Positions 25,809-44,820 of a DNA stretch of 64,000 nt are shown one piece after another. A program made the position numbers and the translations under genes. The notes below the pieces were generated by a model. That model was not told the origin of the DNA and did not search any database. It saw nothing but the letters and a program-made list of their open reading frames with translations. The stretch lies in assembly GCA_949358305.1 (NCBI GenBank), contig OX442314.1:23188001-23252000 (forward strand), given 5' to 3'. This DNA is from Strigamia acuminata (taxonomy: Eukaryota). How positions within the stretch are numbered: the stretch's first letter is position 1; every line of letters begins with the position of its first letter.

Positions 25809-28800
25809 TTACAGCAGAGCCGCTTCTAAACTCATCGCACCGACTTCAGAATCGCGAGAAACGAACGCAACAGTCGCGTCGTCACCTTTAGCATTAAGAA
25901 CTTGTAAGTATCTAAGAAAAAAACAAAAAATTAGCTCGAAAAATCATCAATAAATCCATTCTACCTGAGTAAAACGTGAGAATTATTTGGTATCCACTCG
26001 TAAATCGTATCGAGAAAATTCAATTTGCCTTCGTCGGACAGGAATCCGCAAATCGAATCGACCAAGTCCATCCGACACAAACCGTCCACGGAATTCAGAC
26101 AGGTCCTAACGAGGCGCAGCCACGTGACGATGTTGTTCGACTCGAGGCCGAGGTAACTGGTGTAAACATCAAAGAAAAAAGAAGCGACAAATTAGATGAC
26201 AAAAACGTGTCGATCGAACGTACAATGACCAAATGAGTATTCGCTGCAGCGGGCACGCTATTCGAATAAGCGCCGTGTCTAAATTGTACGAAGGGTCTTG
26301 TCCATCGAGGAATAGATACAAACTGCAAAGATACGAGCGAAGCAACAGCAATGTAACTTAATACTTAAGAGAACTTAAAATTAAGCACCTGAACGACAAC
26401 CACACGTAAACCAAGTCGTTTGTTTCGATAGCCGAGTGCTTAGTTTTGCCTATTCTGAGTTTCTGGTTTAGGTTTAAAACATTTCTGAATTTTCAAAGGA
26501 AGAAACAGAAAAGAAGAAAACAAAAAAAAAAGAGAGAAAAAAAAAGAAAAAATTAGTTATGAATGAATTTTTTGTGTTTCGACTAATTTCGTTTTAAGCA
26601 ACATCACTTGAAACAACAACTCGGTTCCAACATAGTTTCCCCACAAAGTTCCTTTGAAAATGCAGATAGCACTTTGAGCGCCGCTTCCGCCGATTCGTGT
26701 TTCAGAGCGATCAGTGCGGCCACGAAACGAATACGACACGAGTATTTGAATTGATGAATAGCCGATTGCGTTGCTGCTAACAACTCGTTCGCGTCGTTTT
26801 GTTGATGTAGGATTTTTAGATGCAAAATCACCGGATCGATTAGATTTGGGTAATTCGATATGGCGTTCTGGCATTCAATTTTAGCCGAATCCCAACTGAA
26901 AATACAGAAAAATCAATAAAATAAAAAGTCGTTTAAAATCAATTTTTTGTAACATACTCTTTACAATGCACGTGCAATTCAATTAAATTCCAGTAAATTA
27001 CAAACGCATCTTTAGGACTGTTCCACTGCGTGCTACTGTCAATTGCGTCTTTAAATACTGGAAGTAATTTACTGGGCGAGGATATATCGCGCCACGAGAT
27101 AACAAATGGACTCTATTTTTAAAACAAAATTAAAAATCTGCGAAAAAGTATTTTCAGAATATTCGTACATCGAACTCTAAATTGAAGAAACCGGTAAACA
27201 AATTAAACGGAAAGGAAGAAAACCCAATCAGATGAATGACTATAAGCCAAGCAAAAGTCACGTGATGTGGCAATAGAAGTGGACACGGATCTCCTTTTAA
27301 ATATTCCTAATTAAATATATAAATAAATAAAATAATAAAATCGAAAATTTGTTATTTCTCGGCAATTTTACGTGTAAAAATCGTATTCCGTCGTCAATAT
27401 TATTTTCCACGTGTAACTGGGTTTGTCTCAGCAATAACTGAAGCGCTCTTGTTGAGTTTAATTCTTTGGTATTATTATCCGCACCGGTTTCAAGAAATCG
27501 CCAAAGAGAATCGCAAACTTCAAATTTCTCAGACGACGATTTTAAATACTAAAAACAAAGAAAGGAAAAAGTTTAAAAAAAAACGATCAATCGCAACGCG
27601 GAATTTAAATTACCAGTTCACCGATCTCGAACGACGGTGCGAATTCAAACGCCTGACGACACAACTCGACAAAATCCTCATTTTTCGGATGATGTCCGTA
27701 AATCGATAAATATTTCAGCCACAATTTTTCGTTGTTTCTATTACTTTCTAAGGCTCGTGATAAGATGTGTAACGTCCGATCAAACGTTTTATTGGACGAC
27801 CTAACGCTAAAAAGTTAATTCGAGCGTTTTAATTCGTATTATTTGCTGATTTTTGACACGTACCGGTTCTTATAGCTCAGTTCAGCCAATTGTAGCCACA
27901 AATCGACATTAGTCGGATCGCCTTTCAAGATCTCTTCGAGATCCTCTGGTTTTTGAGTAGCGTGCGAAAAGTATCGTCGTCCGTCCTCATCGCCGTCCAC
28001 GTCCCTGTGCTCGATGTCGGCAGTTTCTTTGGTCGCTGGATGCGTCGTTTTCGTTGTTTTACTGCGTCTTTGCGGCACAAATTTCCGTCTGTCTAATATC
28101 ATATGTTCTTCCGTTTGTCTGATTTCCTGAGCTAATTTCCAACAAGCGTCTTCGAGGTTAGAATCGTTTTTCAATAATGGTTTTACGCGTTCGGCTAAAC
28201 AAAAACAAACAAAAAAATTGATAATTAAAAAAAACTATTAAAAAAAATTAAAATTGTAGGAACTTACCGAGTGCATTTGCGATTTGTTGTTGTCCAGATT
28301 TTGGATTTACACCCAAAACCGAAGGTGCATAGGAGGCAATATCGATTAACGTTTCTTCGGGCGTCATAGCGTAATGAGTGGAATGTTGCCACGGACACTG
28401 GTCATCATTACAAGTGCCGCGCAGATCGAAGGAACATAAAGTCCAATTTGGATCAAGTTTGTTTGCATAGGTCGATGAAGTCAATTTTCCATCGTAAAAT
28501 TTTGTTAGTCTAAACGCTTTGAAATGCGAAAGCGGACTAGACATTGAGTGCTGATCACTTTCTTTAGGTAAATTCAATGGAATCTCCATCTAGAAAAATC
28601 AAAAAAATTAGGAAAAATGAGAAAAAGAGAAAGATGAGAAAAATTAATTTTTTAAGGTAAATAATCGTACATTTTCAACCCATGGCAGTGCAAATAAATC
28701 TAAGTTGTGTGGCGAAGCGACTAAAATTGTGGAAATTGTCTTTTCCATTGTGGAAATGGTTTTTTCCACCTGTTGCTGAGTATTTACTATCCGTTTGAAA

Positions 28801-30991
28801 ATGTTATTTGGCTTCGATTGCGGAGCAGAAGCGTTATTTTGAGCAGTAACATCGTTTTCCGTTTCACTCGTGATTGGCACTGCAGTAGCGGAAGAAATAA
28901 CTTTCAATGGCACGTTATTCCGTTTCTGTAAAAGTCTCAATTGAACCGCAATTTCTTGTTCACGTTTCAAAAGCCGTTTCTTCTCCTCGGCTATTTGCTG
29001 ACTTCGTTGTTTCTTTATCGATGTCTAAAAAAATCCATCAAAATTAACAAAAACAAATTAATGAAACCCTTCAATTTCAGTCTTACTTGATTAGTGGCCT
29101 GATTTCTAAGTACGACGGTTGATTTATTCGCCAAAATCTTTTCTCGTGAAAAAACTTTCTTCACTTGAGCTCGTCTCTCCGCCACTCGCGACTGCGCGAC
29201 TTTAATCTTAAAAAAATTAAAAAATTAAAAAATTTAATTAGAAAAATGTAAAATAAAAAAAATACCTGATTAGTTATTTTAACGATGCTGGCTTGATTCG
29301 CCACGACGATTTTATTCGCAGCTGCGAGTTGTTCCGTCAACTGTTTCGCCTTTTTCTCAGCTTCGATTAGCAGAAGTCGTTTCTTCTGAAGCGACATTTT
29401 CAACAGACTCAATTCCTGGCAATCTTTCTTCAAAATCCTAAATTATCAAACATCAAATATAAATAAAAATTGCTAATAAAAACAAACATTAACGAACAAC
29501 CTTATTAACTTCAAATGTTGTTCCGACTTGGCGTCATTGATGAGTTTCATGTTTACTCGATTTTGCACGGGTACGCTTCCAATTTTTAAAACCTTAGTTT
29601 CATTTGTGACCTTTGGAATATCATTAGAAATAAAATTCTGGCGATTTTCGCTTTCCGATTCGGAATCGGTCGAATCCTCCCCTAAGTTGATCACCACGGG
29701 ACCGTGTAACGGCGGTTGCATGTTCAATAACAACGGCGATTTCTTTTTAATCTCCTTCTCCTCAATTTTAGGTGCAACGGCTACCATCGTCTCCATAGGA
29801 ATAATGTTATTGACCTTTTTCTGATTCAGCGACAACAAAAGCGTAGACCGCAAAAGCTGTTCGTCTTCATCTTCTAATAATATAATTTATTAATTATTGT
29901 CATTAAAATTTTTATTTTTATTTTTTTTATTTCATTGTTATTACCTCCTGAGTAATTACTGTCCAATTCCATTGCAACTTGCTCGTAATTATCATACAAA
30001 TGTGACTGAATGTTTTGTGATTTTTCAATTTGCATCGATTCGACTCTGTCGGATGGCACTTGCGCATCATTTGATGATTTCCTCTCTAAATAAGATAATC
30101 AAAAATTAAAAAAAAAATAATTATAAATTTCCTGAATATTTTATTCGTCTACCGGTGGATTTTTTAATTCCCTCCACTTTCTCCTCGGTTTCTTCGTTTT
30201 TAGGTTTATCTTTATCTTTAGCACTTGCCAAAGCAATTCTCCTTAATTCCTGAACGTCGTCATCTTCATCACTTGGCACCTAAAAATTAATTTAAAAAAT
30301 AAACAAAATGATTCATAATTTCTCCATTATAAATTACCTGCGGTGACTTCGATTTTGATGAATCATTGGCACTGCTTTTCGATCGACTTCTCATGTGTCG
30401 TCTACTTCTAGACGAAATCCGACGCGACACGGTCGAGCTCTTCTTTTTCGACGATTTAACATTTTCCTTTCCATCTTTTCCTTTCTCGTTTCGAGCAGAA
30501 TCCTCTTCTTGCTTTAATTCCTCCAACTGACTTTGAATATCCCGATATTGCGACAACAAGTCCTCGTAACTAAACTGATCTAAAAAACAAAAAACAAATT
30601 TAAAACAAAATCAAAATTCAGATTTTTCAATACGATCAAATAAAACGAAACCTTTTGAATCTTTATTTCTTTCAACCGGATGTCTTTGCCCACTTTGTCT
30701 GTAGTACGAGCGCCGTACAAACTTAGGCCTAACTCTTTCCCTCGGCTCCCTCGATACTTTAATCGTTTTACATCGCGCCGAAGTGTAGGAATTTGCGCCC
30801 GACGACGGCGCCCTAACGGAAGACGCTTTCTCGCCTTTGAAATGCAGAAAAGTCAAAGGCCAAGCACGATTCTGTACGACGACAGATTCTCGTCTCCGCG
30901 TCGTGTTCATTTCCACTTTTCTATCCTCGAATAATTCTTCCTCAATTTCACCTTCTTCTAATGTTCGTTCGTTCACATTAAACGAATCCAT
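25809..30991 (-). CDS. ZFC3H1: ZFC3H1 (PAXT/nuclear exosome adaptor) homologue
   Basis: N-terminal LEEGEIEE, coiled coil, SPLSHFKAFRL..STYANKLDPNWTLCSFDLRGTCNDDQCPWQH (zf-C3H1), followed by HAT/TPR-like helical exons. Confidence 0.88.
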
Positions 30992-31305
30992 AGCACAGTT
31001 TATATCGGTGGATTTCAGAACACAAACCTGTCTGTACAAACACACATATCAGCATTTAACAGTATCACTACGCCTTATCGACCCCATTTCGGTTCCGGTT
31101 CAAATCCACGCATGCGCACTAAATTAAACCAACGACGCTTCAAGAATAAAAACACAAAATTACAACAAAGATTCAAAAGTTCCAATTACTTTATTTTATT
31201 GAAATCTACAGCAGCATTCAGTAATGGACACAAAAATACAATTTTTTGTTCGTTATATGGAAAATGAAATAATAATAATAACAATAAATTTTCTTCGTCA
31301 AATCA

Positions 31306-39301
<7,996 letters not shown>

Positions 39302-40776
39302 AACTCATCTGTTTGACCGACAACACTAGCCACCCGAATCGGGCGAATCCACGGTATCGGCCGACCGGACTACAATTGGCACCTACCGGTGAAATCGGTC
39401 AACAATGGGGTTTGATAGGGTTAAGTAACAGATTTGTTATCTGCTCTTTATAGTGATAAAACAGCAGTACTTCAATCATTTAATCCACGATATTTTTACA
39501 TCTCCCTTCACTCAATTTTTTATTGTTACATTTATATTATCATAAAAAAAAACATATAATCGTCTGGAAAGATTTTTCCGAATTATAATTTATAATTATA
39601 ATTTATTTGGCTGTCATGTTCTGCCATTCTATATCGGCGTTTTTTTTAAAAAAATATTTATAACCGTATGGTATTTGTTATCATGTATGTACTTATGTAG
39701 GATTATGCAAAAAAATAATTTGTTTTATGAACAACTGCCTAATGCAGGAAAATCCTTTTTAAATTTTAATGATTTTCATTTTTTATCCTCATTGGGGATT
39801 AATTATTTTCCCTATTAATAAATAACTTAATTTGACATTACTAAAACTCTACCGGTTCCGTACTCAAACTTTTCTCTTTCGTTCAACAGTCAAATTCTAC
39901 TAAAATGAATACACAAAAAAATTACGGTAATACCGGTATTTGATATTTTTTTTCCTTTTACGGAAAGAAAAATTAGGGATCAGATTTTTCAATGCATCAA
40001 ATTTATTTGTTCTGACATTGATTAATTAAAATCAGATAAATAAAAAGAAAAGAAAAGAAACATTTTGATTTTTTAACTGGAGGCGGTGGAGCATAGGTAA
40101 CCGGTACCGTCTCATTTCACTTGGACCTTTTGTGGAAGTCCTTGCTAGATGGTTCGGTTGCATCGTTGGACTTGTTGGTTGCATCGTTAGAATTGTTAGT
40201 TGCAGAATTTGACTTGTTGGTTGCAGAGTTGGTTTGATTCTGAAGTAAAAAAAAAGCACGTTGCTTAGCCAAGTGCTCCTAGTTATGCGACAAATCCAAC
40301 TGGACCAATTTATTTATTTGCAGGAACACACTCTGAGTTACGATTTGAAGTCGGATACAACTCCTCCAAAAAATCGGCAATTTGATGAAAACAGAACTTT
40401 CAATCGAACCTTTGTCATGACTGCATTAAGTCTACAGCACCCAATCTTAACCAAAGGGAGGTGTCCCCTGTTTGGAGCCTGGCTACAAGCAGGAATTGAC
40501 AGCAACCGCGCTAGGACTACGTCAGAAGTTTTAGCATGTAAAAGGAGAACAAGTTAAACAAGTTGCCGGTAACTTCTGCAACTAGCAAATCTAACGATGC
40601 AACCAACAAGTCCAACGATGCAACCGAACCATCCAGCAAGAACTTTGTTCGCAACCTTTAATACAGTTTTGCCTCTTCTGTCCGAAAAGGCAAATCTGCA
40701 AATCTCCCTTATGGGGGTCAGTGCCCTAGCCTGGCTGCTGTCAATACCTGCCAACAGCCAGACTCAAAACACGAAG

Positions 40777-41352
40777 GGTCCCGGGTTCAAATCCCGGACG
40801 GGCTCCCAATTGTGAGTGTTTGGACGGATGCCACGTGGTCAGGGGAGGGCCACGAGATGCTGGACACACACGATGAAAACTTCCGAAATACACGCGAGAC
40901 ACAAGTTTTAGTTATAATATAGCTTTATTGTTGTTGTCTAGGGGTATGATGGTGTCTCAAGGTATATTTCCCAATGCGATGGCTGATGGCAGCCATCCCT
41001 AATCAGAAAATGTGTGGTCGGTATTGCTTGTTTTGGTCACGCCGTCGTAACGTTCATGGGAACGTACGACGGAGGCGGCTAACACAAATGCTCAGGTCTC
41101 AGCGGGTGACAGAGTCGCCACGCCGATCAGTCGAGTCGTCATCACAGTCAGTTTGGAGAGACGGTCGGAATGCCTTGCTGGCTGTTGAACAACTCTCTGG
41201 ACCACTTCCGATTGGTCAATCTAGGGCCCGCAGCTCTGCCTGGTTACGGAGGCCCGCAACAGGCGCGCGAGAACTGCGCCAAGCTCATTGTATTGCAGGC
41301 AAGTGATCAGTGCGCAGGGGCAGCTGGTCACACTCTTCTTGGTTAAGATTGT
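40777..41352 (-). mobile_element. LTR retrotransposon remnant: PPT - LTR (41332-40811) - tRNA-Pro PBS
   Basis: On the minus strand: AAGAAGAG|TGTGA...AATAAA...TCACA|AT|TGGGAGCCCGTCCGGGATTTGAACCCGGGACC; TG..CA ends with a 5-bp inverted repeat; GC-rich. Confidence 0.75.
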
Positions 41353-41797
41353 CTGCTTATTGGACTTAATGCTCTTAATGCTCTTAATGCTCTTTCTACA
41401 CGTTTTATGGGTGATTTCAATAACCATTTTTGAGTTCATTTTCATTTATATGCTCCAAATTGGAACTGCACGGGTGCCCGTTTGTTTTATTCAATTGCTT
41501 GGTTTTGTTTCATTTTTCTAATTATTAATCATGCATTTTGATTGAAACTACACAAATCTACAAGTGCAGCTTGAACTCGGTCGTGTTTTCCCAATTCACA
41601 CATGAAAAACTTAACTTATTTAATTCTGAGTGAAAATCACATGTAATAGCGAGTGACATGGCACATCTCGAATGCTTTGTATCGTATCTCACCTCATCTT
41701 ACAGTGCTGTGACTGAAACGAATCAACTTGACAAATAATCCTAGAAATTCGTTTCTGTGCTTCTCTGAAACGAATCTAGAGGAATTGATATTGGAAG

Positions 41798-41952
41798 CAG
41801 TGCTGGACTGGCCTGGCGGGCTACCGGGAGTTTCCCGGTGGCCCGTGGCCGCTGTGGCCTGTCGCGGCCTGCTGTATCTTGTCCCGACTTCATTAATTGT
41901 GGCCCGGACACCCAGATTTCCCGGTAATAAATTTGTTCCCAGTCCAGCCCTG
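41798..41952. mobile_element. hAT-type MITE, 155 bp
   Basis: TIRs CAGTGCTGGACTGG / CCAGTCCAGCCCTG; perfect 8-bp TSD ATTGGAAG (41790-41797, 41953-41960). Confidence 0.9.
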
Positions 41953-42214
41953 ATTGGAAGGAAACAACTCGAAGTTGATTAGGAACGAGAGTTTTCTATT
42001 CACGTTGAATCTAAAGAACCGGTAGAGTTTCAGTAATGTCAAAATTAAGTTATTTATTAATTATTTTCAAGAAAAATAATTAATTCCCAATGAGGATAAA
42101 AAATGAAGAGCTTACTTTAGAATATGGCCCGCTAAGGAGTGGGCCCAAAATTTGGTTACATACTAAACGAACCCCCCCCCCCCCCCGAGTCCGAAAATGA
42201 CACTTAAAAATGTC

Positions 42215-42445
42215 GCAGACAGATTGGATTGAACACGACTTACACGGCTCATGGAAACTTAAAATACCTCAAGATTTATATCGCAAAGATTGCACTGAAA
42301 CTGTCGAAGAAGGGCTGCAGGTATTAGCAATTAAAAAAATATCGTTGCATAATGTGTTAAAATTGCAATGTTTGTTGATTTTTTTTCTTAATTTTAGATA
42401 TGTACGACCAAATCATCAAGTTCGGGGCGTACATCGTTGACAGCA
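42215..42445 (+). pseudogene. Inverted, intron-containing ACC fragments (copies of ~53163-53045 and ~46040-45947)
   Basis: [33 protein letters not shown]|gtattag and [16 protein letters not shown] match the ACC gene in this window, including intron sequence. Confidence 0.9.
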
Positions 42446-42607
42446 ACCGATTTTATGTAAATAAAAATGTAAAAATATCATGGATTAAATTTACTTCAGT
42501 CATGACTGAAGTAAATTTATTCTTACTTATCAGTAAAATACATCGCTGTAAAGAGCAAATTGATGATCTATTGCATTGTCGGCCGATACCACATCGATTC
42601 GGATTTG

Positions 42608-42750
42608 TGATTTGGTGATTTCCTCTCTAATTAAATTAATCATAAAATTTAAAAAAAAAATTAAATTTCCTGAATTTTATTCGTCTATGGAGAATTTTTT
42701 AATTTCCTCCAATTTATCAGTTTCTTCGATTTTAGGTTTATGTTTATTTA
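42608..42750 (-). pseudogene. ZFC3H1 exon/intron fragment copy (of ~30066-30215)
   Basis: TGATTTCCTCTCTAA..TTTCCTGAAT..TTTATTCGTCTA..GTTTCTTCG.TTTTAGGTTTAT shared with 30070-30210. Confidence 0.8.
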
Positions 42751-42963
42751 AATAAATAAAAATTTTAATCAAAATAAATTTATTTGTTTGTTTTATTTAC
42801 ATGTATATAATTAAATTTTACATTTTAATAAATCATCCTAGAAAATAACAACGTACGACGTATACTAACGTATTAAGTCTATTATAAAAAACAATCACAA
42901 AAGAAAAAATAAATTAATAAACACTATTTCAAAAGAAATCGGGGTTAACTGGTTTGCATCGAA

Positions 42964-43573
42964 TTAAACGGCCACTTCAACATCAATTTTTTCGTCATCA
43001 ATTTCTTCGTCACGATCGGCATAATCGACATTATTTTCACCATTCGGTGCTGCTTCCTAGGGTAACGCATTTTCGTCGACATTATTTTCATCATTCGGTG
43101 CTGCTTCCTCGGGTAACGCATTTTCGTCGACATTATTTTCATCATTCGGTGCTGCTTCCTCGGGTAACGCATTTTCGTCTGGATCAGTGGTAATTTGTTC
43201 CACACCACCCTTAAGTTTACTAAGGATGAAGTCCACAATCTGGGAAAAAAAATTATATATAGTTAGTTGATTTAGAATTAGCTAATTTATACGGTACCTT
43301 AAACGATAATTGGTTTCCGCAATTAAACGGACAAAAAACTGTCCAGTTATTAACTTTCGCAAAAACATTTGATATAATTTTGCATTCTTGATTTCCTTCT
43401 ATCGTTAAAAAGCGTTTATCACATTTAACTGCTTTGCCAATTTGCTTGTAGGTTGCCGTTGTGTTCGATTTCCTATCGTTTACCGTGACAAGTAAGTCAG
43501 ATACGGCATTTACAGGGTATTTATACAATATTTTCGACTGGGATAATTTGAATAATTTGATTGAGCCAATCAT
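42964..43573 (-). pseudogene. Two-exon orphan ORF with 3x51-bp acidic repeat and an in-frame TAG
   Basis: Exon 43573-43298 (AAG|gtaccg) joins in phase 0 to 43239 (tttcccag|ATT); DENALPEEAAPNDENNV x3; TAG at 43059-43057; TAA at 42966-42964; AATAAA near 42792. Confidence 0.5.
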
Positions 43574-43619
43574 GTGTAAATATTCAAATTATCCCATGAT
43601 AATTTCGATATCACTTTTC

Positions 43620-43916
43620 CGAAACTCGATTTTTATTTAATTTTTCTCTTTTAGGCAGCTCAGTCAATCTGGTTCCAGTGATAATAAAGGCGTCCGAAAG
43701 GGGAGGCGGTAGAGGAAACTGTAAAGCTGAAAATGTCGACGAGTTTTCAACACTCGAAGTGCCCGGTTCACATATATTTGTGATGCAAATGGCAGTTAGC
43801 GCCCGTCATTTGGAAGTTCAGCTTCTTGCCGATCAGTATGGCAATGCCATTTCGTTGTTCGGCAGAGATTGCTCCATTCAGCGGCGCCATCAAAAGATCA
43901 TCGAAGAGGCGCCTTG
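43620..43916 (+). pseudogene. Inverted ACC biotin-carboxylase fragment (copy of ~53037-52723) with intron
   Basis: [67 protein letters not shown], with a deletion relative to the parent gene. Confidence 0.92.
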
Positions 43917-44450
43917 CAGTGTTGTGCGCGGTACACCCAACGTGTACCGCGGTCCCGGTTCGCGGTACACGCCACTCCCGCATAAAGTACCGCGGTCCCG
44001 GTACAGTACCGGGACCGGGATTTGCGGTATATCTCGCGGTCCACGACAAAACGCGAGAAAACACGAGATTCTCAGGTTTTTTCGTGGACCGCGAGATGTA
44101 CCGCAAATTTTCGTGTTTTCTCGCTTTCTCCACTGTAAAAAATCATAAAAAAAAAACGATTAAAAGTAAAAACAATATTAAAAACCATTAAAAAAACGAA
44201 AAAACCTAAAAAAAAAACCTAAAAAAAAACGATTAAAATTTAAACGGTTGAAAAAAAATGGGTGGGCTGCAGTGAAGCACCGGCGCACATTGACGCCATT
44301 TTGTCAACAGTTTTAATCGGGTTTTTATTGTTTTTTCTACGGTTTTTTTTCCGTTTTAATAGTTTTTTAATATTTTTTTTCACTTTAAATCGTTTTTTTA
44401 CGGTTTTTTAATAGGAAGTGGAGAACGCAAGAAAACACGAGATTCTCGTG
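43917..44450. mobile_element. Probable truncated non-autonomous DNA transposon (CAGTGTTG start, internal inverted repeats)
   Basis: GC-rich GTACCGCGGTCCCGG repeats; inverted pair 44109-44135 / 44419-44442 flanking mirrored A-rich and T-rich arms. Confidence 0.55.
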
Positions 44451-44820
44451 GCAGGGCTGGATAATTTGTTGGTGAAACAGATGAGTTGTGGCCCACAACT
44501 CATCTGTTTGACCAACAATAATTTGTGTAATTTGCTCTTTACAAGGATGCATTTTAATGATAAAATATGACTAGTGTTTTTTTAATAAGAAATAAATTTA
44601 CTTCGGTCATTTAATCCATGATATTTTTACATCTCCCTAAACTCAATTTCTTATTGTTACATTAATATTATCCTAAAAAAACATACATATATAACGGTAT
44701 GGAATGATTTTTTCCTAATAACTTCTGTAACAAACCCCTCAACAAAAACATTTTTCACAGCTGCCGAAAACAGCTGAAGAAAAACAAAAACAAAACTTAA
44801 TCGTTATATAATTTATAATT

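Noticed and set aside
40777..40950. Functional or permuted tRNA-Pro gene
   Set aside because: No anticodon arm or acceptor 5' strand, and CCA is encoded; the context fits an LTR/PBS better.
40974..41306. 110-aa ORF in the GC-rich segment
   Set aside because: Lies inside the inferred LTR, with no gag/pol or other motif.
43030..43180. CRISPR-like array
   Set aside because: Contiguous 51-bp tandem repeats without unique spacers, in a eukaryote.
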